From NCBI GenBank assembly GCA_963704905.1, contig CAVPHZ010000001.1:451438-515437 (forward strand): 64,000 nucleotides of DNA, given 5' to 3'. Both the position numbers and the translations under genes were made by a program. The notes beneath the pieces were generated by a model that saw nothing but the letters and a program-made list of their open reading frames with translations, was not told the origin of the DNA and made no database searches. This DNA comes from Candidatus Chisholmbacteria bacterium. GTDB taxonomy: Bacteria > Patescibacteriota > Microgenomatia > UBA1400 > Chisholmbacteraceae. Shown here in pieces: positions 56,446 through 64,000 of the stretch (within the stretch, counting starts at the first letter, position 1; each line of letters starts with the position of its first letter).

Positions 56446-57579
56446 ATGCAATTAACATCTCTTTCACTTCAGTATTATCGAAATTATCACCAGCGTTCTT
56501 TTTCTTTCTTTCATGAAACCACGATGATTGTAGGTGGAAATGGGGTTGGGAAAACAAATATTTTAGAAGCAAGTTATCTGCTGGCTACAGGAAAGAGCTT
56601 TCGGGCGCATCGAATTGAAGAGATGATCATGTTTGAAAAGGAGCTGGGGAGAGTAAAAGGGGTCATTGTGAGTGATGTACCGAAACGGTTTGAATCCACT
56701 CAGGAAACCAGTTCTGCACGAGATGACATAGTTGATTTAAAACGTGTATCAACTGCGTCAAAAGCGGGGGAAAAAGAGTTAGAGGTGATGTTGACTAGAG
56801 GAGAGATTCAAGGAAAGCGGGTTGCAAAGCGACGTTTTCAGGTTGATGGTGTGTTTAAGCGGTCAACAGATTTTGTTGGAAATCTGGTAGTTGTTCTCTT
56901 TCGTCCTGAAGATTTGCAGCTCATATTAGGTAGTCCACAGCTCAGGAGAGGTTTTGTTGATGACGTCCTTTCGCAAGTTGATCGTGAGTATCGAAGGAGT
57001 CTGATTTCTTATGAGAAAGCACTCTATCGAAGAAATAGACTTCTTGATAGTATACGAGATCAGGGTGCTTCTCGGACTCAATTAACATTTTGGGATCAGC
57101 TCCTTATTAAGCATGGGCAAGTGTTGACGGAGAAGCGTGCTGATTTTCTTTCTTTTGTAGATGCGTATGAGGCTGAGATTGATTCATTTCAACTTGTGTA
57201 CCTTTCTTCACCAATTACTCAAAGTCGATTACAACAGTATGCTGAAAAAGAACTTGCAGCAGGTTACACGCTTATTGGTCCTCATAAAGATGATTTTGTT
57301 CTTTCGTTTGAAACTGGGAAGGCACTGGCTGAATTTGGATCGAGAGGAGAGCAGCGATTGGCGGTGTTGTGGATGAAGCTAGCAGAGCTGTCATTCGTGT
57401 CTAAACAGATTAGCGAAAAACCATTGTTGCTGCTCGATGATATTTTTTCGGAACTAGATCAAGAACATCGTGAGATGGTACTTCGGGTAATTCCGCATCA
57501 ACAAACTTTGATTTCAACTACAGATCCCGACTTCGTAAAAAATGGAAAGGGTATTGATATCTTGTCTTTAGAAAAATAA
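56446..57579 (+). CDS. recF: DNA replication/repair protein RecF, with an in-frame insertion
   Basis: YRNY, GGNGVGKTNILEA, GKSFR, GPHKDD, GSRGEQR, LLLDDIFSELD. Confidence 0.95.
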   Translation: MQLTSLSLQYYRNYHQRSFSFFHETTMIVGGNGVGKTNILEASYLLATGKSFRAHRIEEMIMFEKELGRVKGVIVSDVPKRFESTQETSSARDDIVDLKRVSTASKAGEKELEVMLTRGEIQGKRVAKRRFQVDGVFKRSTDFVGNLVVVLFRPEDLQLILGSPQLRRGFVDDVLSQVDREYRRSLISYEKALYRRNRLLDSIRDQGASRTQLTFWDQLLIKHGQVLTEKRADFLSFVDAYEAEIDSFQLVYLSSPITQSRLQQYAEKELAAGYTLIGPHKDDFVLSFETGKALAEFGSRGEQRLAVLWMKLAELSFVSKQISEKPLLLLDDIFSELDQEHREMVLRVIPHQQTLISTTDPDFVKNGKGIDILSLEK

Positions 57580-57627
57580 GTACTAAGTTTAAACACTCAA
57601 GTATAATCGGAATAGCTAACTACTGTT

Positions 57628-58461
57628 ATGAAAACTAGACAATTTCTAGAAGCTGAACTGCACACTCTTTATCGACCTGCGCGTGATTCCCACAAAGGTC
57701 AAAATGGACGGTTGTTAGTTATAGGTGGGAGTGAGTTGTTTCATGCATCGATTTTTTGGACTGCGGATGTAGCTAGCCGAATAGTTGATCTGGTCCATTT
57801 TTCTTCACCGGCAATGGAGAACAATGAATTAGTGGCAAAGAGAGCAAAGGAAAAGTTTTGGAATGGGATTGTAGTGCCGTGGGCTAAAGTTGATGAATAT
57901 ATTGAGGAAGATGATTGTGTAGTGATTGGCCCAGGTATGCCGAGAAAAGAAGGGCTGGAGAAAGGAGAGCAGCCAACTGGGAAGATTGTTAACGCTCTTT
58001 TTCGAAAATATCCGAAGAAGCGATGGGTGGTGGATGGTGGAGCTCTACAAGAGATGGATGTAAATCTTTTAACTCAAGAGATGATCATCACCCCGCATAC
58101 CAAGGAATTTGAACGATTGTTTCAACTTAAACCTACAACAGAGAATGCCGTTGCAATGAGTAAGAAGCATGGATGTATCATTGTACTGAAAGGTGTCGAG
58201 GACGTGGTGTGTAATAGTCAGAAATTCGTAATGGTGCAGGGTGGAAATGAAGGAATGACTAAAGGTGGAACGGGTGATGTATTAGCTGGTTTAGTAGGAG
58301 CTCTTTATTGTAAGAATGATGCGTTTCTGGCAGCTAGTGTTGGGAGCTATCTTAACAAGAAAGCGGGAGATAGACTTTATGAGCGAGTTGGTCCGTATTT
58401 TAATGCTAGCGATTTAGTTCATGAAATACCGATAGTTATGAATGAACTTGTTACTCACTAA
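57628..58461 (+). CDS. nnrD: NAD(P)H-hydrate dehydratase
   Basis: SHKGQNGRLLVIGGS, IGPGM, VDGGAL, TPHTKEF, GGTGDVLAG. Confidence 0.9.
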   Translation: MKTRQFLEAELHTLYRPARDSHKGQNGRLLVIGGSELFHASIFWTADVASRIVDLVHFSSPAMENNELVAKRAKEKFWNGIVVPWAKVDEYIEEDDCVVIGPGMPRKEGLEKGEQPTGKIVNALFRKYPKKRWVVDGGALQEMDVNLLTQEMIITPHTKEFERLFQLKPTTENAVAMSKKHGCIIVLKGVEDVVCNSQKFVMVQGGNEGMTKGGTGDVLAGLVGALYCKNDAFLAASVGSYLNKKAGDRLYERVGPYFNASDLVHEIPIVMNELVTH

Positions 58462-59036
58462 TGCCTCGAACGTTTATTGCAATTGATCTCAGTGAGGCTT
58501 GCAGGAAAGAGCTTCGACGATTTGTTTCAGCGCTGTCATCAAAGCGTTGGCCAGTTCGATGGGAAGTGTTTTCAAAGCTTCATCTTACACTGTTTTTTCT
58601 AGGGTCTATTCAACAAAGCCAGGTGAAATCTGTCTCCGGTGTTTTAGCAGAGATCACTACGGATATTAAGCCATTTACGATTAGAGTAGGAAAGCTGGGA
58701 GTTTTTCCAGACTTCATTCAGCCGAGAGCTGTTTGGCTAGGCATAAAAGGGGATCAACCAAGGTTGGTGAGTTTACAAAAACTTATTTCCCAACAGCTCG
58801 TTTCTCTCGGTTTTGAAAAAGAGACTCGGATTTGGATACCTCACCTGACAATTGGAAGAGTTCGAAATGATAGCACTTTTCGATCCCGAAAGGAACTTGG
58901 GAGACAGCTAGGGAAGCTAGAAATTGATTCGTTTATTGCTGAAACTTATGTTGATAAGGTTGTTCTCTATCAAAGTACATTAAAGCCGACTGGATCGGAG
59001 TACACGAAACTTTTTGAAGCTAGTCTTTCTTTGTAA
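58461..59036 (+). CDS. thpR: RNA 2',3'-cyclic phosphodiesterase (2H family)
   Basis: RTFIAI, HLTL.FLG, PHLTIGR, LYQSTL..G..Y. Confidence 0.92.
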   Translation: MPRTFIAIDLSEACRKELRRFVSALSSKRWPVRWEVFSKLHLTLFFLGSIQQSQVKSVSGVLAEITTDIKPFTIRVGKLGVFPDFIQPRAVWLGIKGDQPRLVSLQKLISQQLVSLGFEKETRIWIPHLTIGRVRNDSTFRSRKELGRQLGKLEIDSFIAETYVDKVVLYQSTLKPTGSEYTKLFEASLSL

Positions 59037-59334
59037 TATCTTCTGACTCACTGTATTTTAAGCGTTTCTCTAATGTCTGTTGAAGTTTGGTTAATTGAAG
59101 CGTCGAGACAACAGCTAATGTAGTAACGATGACGGCGTACACTAAAAGTGATATGACTTTTGACCCTTCAGGTAGATATGGCTTGACATAGATTTCAATT
59201 GTTTCCTTTACAACTTCATTCCAGGCTAGTGCTGCAACAAGACCAAAACCAGAGGTTACGAGTGAAAGCATTTGTTTTACGATCGCAATCGGTAGATCCT
59301 TGGTGTTTTCCGGGATATCAATTTTTTTTGCCAT
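59020..59334 (-). CDS. DUF5654-like small membrane protein
   Basis: LVTSGFGLVAALAWNEVV..YAVIVT. Confidence 0.75.
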   Translation of the reverse strand: MAKKIDIPENTKDLPIAIVKQMLSLVTSGFGLVAALAWNEVVKETIEIYVKPYLPEGSKVISLLVYAVIVTTLAVVSTLQLTKLQQTLEKRLKYSESEDITKKD

Positions 59335-59378
59335 TTACCGATTCTCCTATTAGTTGTAGATTGTCTAGCTACTTGTTC

Positions 59379-59401
59379 ATTGTCGCATAATATGCAACAA
59401 T
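59379..59401. promoter_or_regulatory. Inverted repeat, candidate operator of the Fic gene
   Basis: ATTGTCGCATA-A-TATGCAACAAT (one mismatch) just before the Fic start. Confidence 0.55.
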
Positions 59402-59408
59402 ATTATTG

Positions 59409-60503
59409 ATGTATTCTCCAAAGTATACCATTACAACGAAACTACTCTCTAATATTGGAAAGGTCGAAGCATCCAAAGAGGTTATTGAACATGCGGCACT
59501 TGTACCAGCATGGGAAGCGAGGTTTCGTGCCGATGCACTTGTAAGAACCGTTCATCATGGCACTCATATCGAAGGAAATCCGTTGACCCGTGATGAAGCA
59601 CAACGGTTGGTTGAGGCATATTCACCTGTTGATGAGCCGTGGATGGTTGCTTCGAAAGCAGAGGTTGTTGGTCGGGATCGGGACATTCAAGAAGTAATTA
59701 ACTATCGGAGTGTCGTTTCCTATCTTGATGAAGCTCGGAAAACCGTTGAAAAGAAAGGATATAGTGAAGATATTCTCAAGACAATTCATGCGCTTACCGT
59801 AGATCGTATCTTACCAGTGGAAGCAAGTGGTGTGTATCGAACTACACAGGTGGTGATTAAAGATTCGGCAACTGGGAGCATTACATTTCGTCCACCTCCT
59901 GCGGTTGAAGTACCCTATCAAATCGAAGAGTTGTTTTCTTGGTTGAAAGAACAACAGAATGAGGAACATCATTCTGTTATTCGAGCCGGTATTGTTCACT
60001 ACGGATTAGTTCGTATTCACCCTTTTACAGATGGAAATGGACGAGTGGCTCGTGCTATGGCACTATTGGTGCTGGTCTGTGAAGGATATGATATTAAACG
60101 TTTTTTTTCACTTGAAGAGTATTTTGATAAGCAGAGTGAAGCATATTACACGGCACTTCAGAATGTGAAGGAAAACGGATATGATCTTACACCATGGCTT
60201 GAGTATTTTACGTTTGGGCTGGCGACGGAGTTAAATATCGTAAAAAACCAGGTTCATAAGTTATCAAGAGATTTGAAGCTAAAAGGAGAACTTGGTGGGA
60301 AACAAATAGCTCTTTCTGAACGTCAAATTGCTTTGCTTGAGGCGATGCAGGCAAACGAGGGAAGATTGGCGGTACGAGAGGCTCGCAAGATTTTACCGAG
60401 GGTATCACGAGATACGATCATTCGTGATTTCAATGATCTTATTCGGAAGAAAGTTGCTAAACGACGAGGCGTTACTAAGGGTTCATTTTATATTTTAGCT
60501 TAA
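59409..60503 (+). CDS. Fic family protein with C-terminal wHTH
   Basis: THIEGN, HPFTDGNGRVAR Fic motif, SRDTIIRDFNDL HTH. Confidence 0.95.
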   Translation: MYSPKYTITTKLLSNIGKVEASKEVIEHAALVPAWEARFRADALVRTVHHGTHIEGNPLTRDEAQRLVEAYSPVDEPWMVASKAEVVGRDRDIQEVINYRSVVSYLDEARKTVEKKGYSEDILKTIHALTVDRILPVEASGVYRTTQVVIKDSATGSITFRPPPAVEVPYQIEELFSWLKEQQNEEHHSVIRAGIVHYGLVRIHPFTDGNGRVARAMALLVLVCEGYDIKRFFSLEEYFDKQSEAYYTALQNVKENGYDLTPWLEYFTFGLATELNIVKNQVHKLSRDLKLKGELGGKQIALSERQIALLEAMQANEGRLAVREARKILPRVSRDTIIRDFNDLIRKKVAKRRGVTKGSFYILA

Positions 60504-60531
60504 CAAATTTGTTACGACGAGCTTGTCAAAC

Positions 60532-60726
60532 ATGTTGTATACGGATCCTGAAATCATTGCGATTATGGTTCTTTTACCAGGCATATTTGGTTTGGCTCTG
60601 ATTGCACAAGGCATTAATGACTTGAAAGAACGAAATCGCGGTTGGTTTCCATTACTTACCGGGCTTATTTTTCTTATCGCAATTATCTTCATTTATCTTT
60701 ATTTCAATGTAATTCAAGAGGTGTAA
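60532..60726 (+). CDS. Small two-TM membrane protein
   Basis: Two hydrophobic segments; fills the gap between fic and the ligase. Confidence 0.6.
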   Translation: MLYTDPEIIAIMVLLPGIFGLALIAQGINDLKERNRGWFPLLTGLIFLIAIIFIYLYFNVIQEV

Positions 60727-60731
60727 ACCAC

Positions 60732-62450
60732 GTGAAGTTTGCAACATTTTCTTCCTATCTTTCTCGGCTTGAAATGACTGCTTCCCGTTTAGATATGACT
60801 GAGATATTAGCTGAGCTCTTGAATTATTCATCTGAGTTAGACATTCACTATGTCGTTAATCTTCTTCTCGGACGTTTAGCGCCGCAATATGAAGGGATAA
60901 TTTTCAATGTTGCCGAAAAGATGATGCTTCAGGTGATTGCTGAGGCGTACGGTCTACCTTTAACTGAAGTTCAATCTCAATATAAACAGGTTGGTGATCT
61001 TGGTGAGGTGGCGCATATCCTGGCTGGTGAGCAAACTCAGTCAACTAAACAAAAACAACTGACTGTTGTTCAAGTCTTTAATCAATTAAAGGAGGTTGCA
61101 CTTGATGATGGGGAAGGGAGTCAAGAGCGTAAAGTATCGAGTCTAGCACGTCTTCTTTCAAGTCTGGATCCGATGAGCTCGAGATATGTTGTGAGAATAC
61201 CTCTTGGAAAACTACGGCTCGGATTTTCGGATAAGACAGTTCTAGACGGGCTGAGTTGGATGGAGAGAGGGGATAAAAGTGGAAAGAAGTTATTGGACCG
61301 TGTCTATGAAGTTCATCCGGATGTTGGTGAGTTAGCCAAGCAAGTTAAAATCTATGGTATTGAGAAAGCGACGCAACGTCCGACCCCTATCGTTGGGGTT
61401 CCAGTTTTACCGATGTTGGCGCAACGTTTGAAAAGTCCGAAAGAGATGATTGAAAAGATGGGAGAAGTTGTTGTGGAACCGAAGCTTGATGGACTTCGGA
61501 TTTTAATTCACTATGTGCGTGGCCAAAAAGGATTTGTAAAGGCGTTCACTCGGAATTTAAATGAGACAAGCTGGATGTTCCCTGAGCTGGCCTCAATAGG
61601 TGATGAGCTAAAAGCAAATAAGGTTATTATTGATTGCGAAGCGGTCGGTGTTGATGAGAAGCGTAAGACTTTAGCGAATTTTCAACAAACAATGACGCGC
61701 AGAAGAAAGCATCAGATTGCTAAGGCAGCTACCGCTATTCCGATTCAATTTTTCGCTTTTGACCTTATCTATAAAGATGGAAAGAGTTATATGAATGAGT
61801 CGTATATCAATCGGCGACGTGTTCTGGAAAATACTATTCATCCTAAACAGGTGATGCGGATTGTGGATGCCACCATTACTGCTCAATCAGGAAGAATTCG
61901 CGAATTGAACAAGGAAAAACAAGAAGAGGGTTTGGAGGGAATTATTGTTAAACAGACTGGTAGTACGTATGTTTCTGGGAGAACTGGTTGGCGATGGGTT
62001 AAGATGAAAGAATCTGAGACATCGGTTGCAAAACTAGCTGATACTTTGGACTGTGTGGTCATGGGTTATACTCAAGGAAAAGGTAAACGGACGCAGTTTG
62101 GTATTGGACAGTTCTTAGCTGGTGTTGTAGATCATAATCGCATTGTAACCGTGACAAAAGTTGGAACAGGTTTAACTGACGATCAACTTGCGGATATGAA
62201 AAAGCGACTAAAAAAACTTGAGGTTACTCAAAAACCTCAAGAATATGAGGTTGTTAAAGGCTTAATTCCAGATTTTTGGGTCACTCCTGATTTAGTTGTT
62301 GAGCTTGCGGCAGATGAAGTGACAAAGAGCCCGAAACATACAAGTGGATATGCACTTCGGTTTCCTCGGCTTGTGAAATTTCGAGATGACAAGTTATTTT
62401 CACAAGCAACAACACTGCAAGAGTTGAAGCAGCTTTTTACTTTACAGTAA
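60732..62450 (+). CDS. lig: ATP-dependent DNA ligase (archaeal/eukaryotic-type with N-terminal DNA-binding domain)
   Basis: LRLG, PMLAQRL, EPKLDG, EGIIVK, WVKMK, DCVVMG, KVGTG, ALRFPR; GTG start at 60732. Confidence 0.95.
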   Translation: MKFATFSSYLSRLEMTASRLDMTEILAELLNYSSELDIHYVVNLLLGRLAPQYEGIIFNVAEKMMLQVIAEAYGLPLTEVQSQYKQVGDLGEVAHILAGEQTQSTKQKQLTVVQVFNQLKEVALDDGEGSQERKVSSLARLLSSLDPMSSRYVVRIPLGKLRLGFSDKTVLDGLSWMERGDKSGKKLLDRVYEVHPDVGELAKQVKIYGIEKATQRPTPIVGVPVLPMLAQRLKSPKEMIEKMGEVVVEPKLDGLRILIHYVRGQKGFVKAFTRNLNETSWMFPELASIGDELKANKVIIDCEAVGVDEKRKTLANFQQTMTRRRKHQIAKAATAIPIQFFAFDLIYKDGKSYMNESYINRRRVLENTIHPKQVMRIVDATITAQSGRIRELNKEKQEEGLEGIIVKQTGSTYVSGRTGWRWVKMKESETSVAKLADTLDCVVMGYTQGKGKRTQFGIGQFLAGVVDHNRIVTVTKVGTGLTDDQLADMKKRLKKLEVTQKPQEYEVVKGLIPDFWVTPDLVVELAADEVTKSPKHTSGYALRFPRLVKFRDDKLFSQATTLQELKQLFTLQ

Positions 62451-62529
62451 TATTTATTTTTTTAGGAATTCGAATATTTAGCACTCTTTAGTAGTCATTC
62501 AACATATTTGGAGTGTTACAATGAGCCGT

Positions 62530-64000
62530 ATGTCAGTGTCGGCTGGTCGGAATCAAGTTACAAAGGAAGAAATTGGATCACAAGATTCTCATTCCTCGTA
62601 TTTGCATCAAGGGCTTGAGGAATATGAAATTGGAAAGCGTCAACGTACGTTTGGATTAAATACGATTCAGCAAACCAGGGAGATTCAGGTACTGTCTATC
62701 GTTCTTGAGCAATTCAAATCACCGCTTATCTATATTCTTGTCATTGCAGCAGGGGTCACCATGCTTTTGCAAGATTATGTTGATACGGCGATCATCGGAT
62801 TGGCTGTCGTAGTAAATACCATCCTCGGTTTTTATCAGGAATATAAGGCTCAAAAAGCATTGGCTGCTTTGCGAAGTTTACTTAGTCCAAAGGCGACGGT
62901 AATGCGAAATGGCAGCCGACAGGTAGTTGATGCCTCAGACATTGTTCCGGGGGATGTTTGTTATGTTGGACTGGGCGAACATATTCCTGCTGATAGTATG
63001 GTTGTTTTTAGTGAGGATTTTTCGGTCAATGAGGCAATTTTAACTGGAGAGTCAGTTCCAGTTCGTAAGAAAGCGTTTCGTGAGAGGGAGGTTGTTTTTT
63101 CTGACCTTGACCAGTTGACCGAGAAATGGGATACGATTGACCGGTCAGTAAAAGTTTTTGCAGGAACCACGGTGAGTTCTGGAGAGGCTACTGTAATTAT
63201 AACTATCACTGGTCTGCGTACTGAAGTTGGCAAAATTGCGAAAAGTCTTCAAGAGACGGTTGAAGGCCCTACGCCTCTACAAAAGAGGATCTCAAAACTC
63301 TCTAACCAATTGGCGATTATCGTCGGAATTGCGGCTACCGTAATATTCATAACCGGGTTAGTTTTTAATACAGGTGATGCAGCGATTCGTGACCGTTTTG
63401 AGGAAATGTTTACCACATCTGTTGCCGTGGCTGTTTCGGCTATTCCTGAGGGTCTTGCCGTTTCGCTCACTGCTATTCTTGCTCTTGGTATGCAGCGGAT
63501 CCTACGAAGAAAGGCGCTGGTTCGAAAGTTAGTAGCAGCAGAGACCCTTGGAAGTGTTACCACTATCTGCGCGGATAAAACTGGAACACTGACAGAGGGT
63601 GTGATGAGAGTGACTGAAGCGGATTTTGTTGATGAGAGCGAGGGCGTTAAGGCTGCTGTGCTAACCAATGACCGGCGTGATTCGCTGGAAATAGCAATGT
63701 GGAATTGGGTTGTCGATGTTCAGAAACATGATGCTCAGCGAGAGGTGGATGCCAACAATCGCATTGATTCGATTCCCTTTTCACCCCAACATAAATACTC
63801 AGCAAAACTTTATGAGGATGGCGCGTACATGATTGGAGCACCTGAATTGGTGTTATCGTTCTGTTCCACTTCCGGATCGTCAAAGCAACGATGGATCAAG
63901 AAATTTGACGAATACGGATTGAAAGGGATGCGTCTTGTTGGTTTTGCTCGGAGGAAACGGAAACGCGGAGAACGGCGATTATCCCGAAAGAGTGTCCAAG
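62530..64000 (+). CDS. Cation-transporting P-type ATPase (type II-like), runs off the window end
   Basis: Not in the ORF track; read directly: EQFKSPLIYIL, TGES, AIPEGL, ETLGSVTTICADKTGTLT (~63574); start 62521 or 62530. Confidence 0.95.
   Translation, partial: MSVSAGRNQVTKEEIGSQDSHSSYLHQGLEEYEIGKRQRTFGLNTIQQTREIQVLSIVLEQFKSPLIYILVIAAGVTMLLQDYVDTAIIGLAVVVNTILGFYQEYKAQKALAALRSLLSPKATVMRNGSRQVVDASDIVPGDVCYVGLGEHIPADSMVVFSEDFSVNEAILTGESVPVRKKAFREREVVFSDLDQLTEKWDTIDRSVKVFAGTTVSSGEATVIITITGLRTEVGKIAKSLQETVEGPTPLQKRISKLSNQLAIIVGIAATVIFITGLVFNTGDAAIRDRFEEMFTTSVAVAVSAIPEGLAVSLTAILALGMQRILRRKALVRKLVAAETLGSVTTICADKTGTLTEGVMRVTEADFVDESEGVKAAVLTNDRRDSLEIAMWNWVVDVQKHDAQREVDANNRIDSIPFSPQHKYSAKLYEDGAYMIGAPELVLSFCSTSGSSKQRWIKKFDEYGLKGMRLVGFARRKRKRGERRLSRKSVQ

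Noticed and set aside
59380-59407. dif-like site (TTGTCGCATAA-TATGCA-...)
   Set aside because: Only the left arm resembles the XerC arm, there is no TTATGTTAAAT arm, and no strand-bias switch is apparent; better explained as an operator palindrome
1-64000. Many short overlapping or antisense ORFs in the six-frame track
   Set aside because: They overlap well-supported genes and carry no recognisable motifs; treated as shadow ORFs
1-64000. CRISPR array or cas genes
   Set aside because: No regularly spaced direct repeats with unique spacers and no cas motifs seen
1-64000. Alternative genetic code (UGA=Gly, code 25)
   Set aside because: Conserved genes end at TGA at the expected C-termini (e.g. 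first RNR, mutM) and ORFs are full length under code 11

Overview
A 64-kb, gene-dense, mostly + strand chromosomal segment read in genetic code 11. By inference from gene content (DUF5667- and DUF5654-like proteins, lone VirD4/HerA-like ATPase, stand-alone 5'-3' exonuclease, archaeal-type cytidylate kinase, ATP-dependent ligase) it most likely comes from a Patescibacteria/CPR (Microgenomates-like) bacterium. Main blocks: PBP1A and cmk; a cobalamin-riboswitch-controlled B12 uptake pair beside an NrdR operon with two different class II ribonucleotide reductases and Nudix/MazG/Maf enzymes; a glycosylation island (B12 radical SAM, GT-C, methyltransferase, GT2-YdjC fusion) bracketed by a duplicated promoter and 5' end of a VIT1 gene; a TrmB-adjacent redox/detox cluster; cobO; three tRNAs (rare Ile-UAU, unconventional initiator, Met); a Xer-type recombinase, trpS, ftsH, a DNA repair cluster and a truncated P-type ATPase. 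The most unusual signal is an apparent family of structured non-coding elements: intergenic hairpin + pseudoknot/triplex + long-stem elements (41.9 kb, 52.6 kb), covarying double hairpins inserted in frame in a GT4 gene and in recF, and a shared TTYGR-N4/5-CTCAGG motif. Many genes also show a leaderless promoter layout. Several frameshifts look like assembly indels. All family calls come from motif recognition by eye, not database searches.
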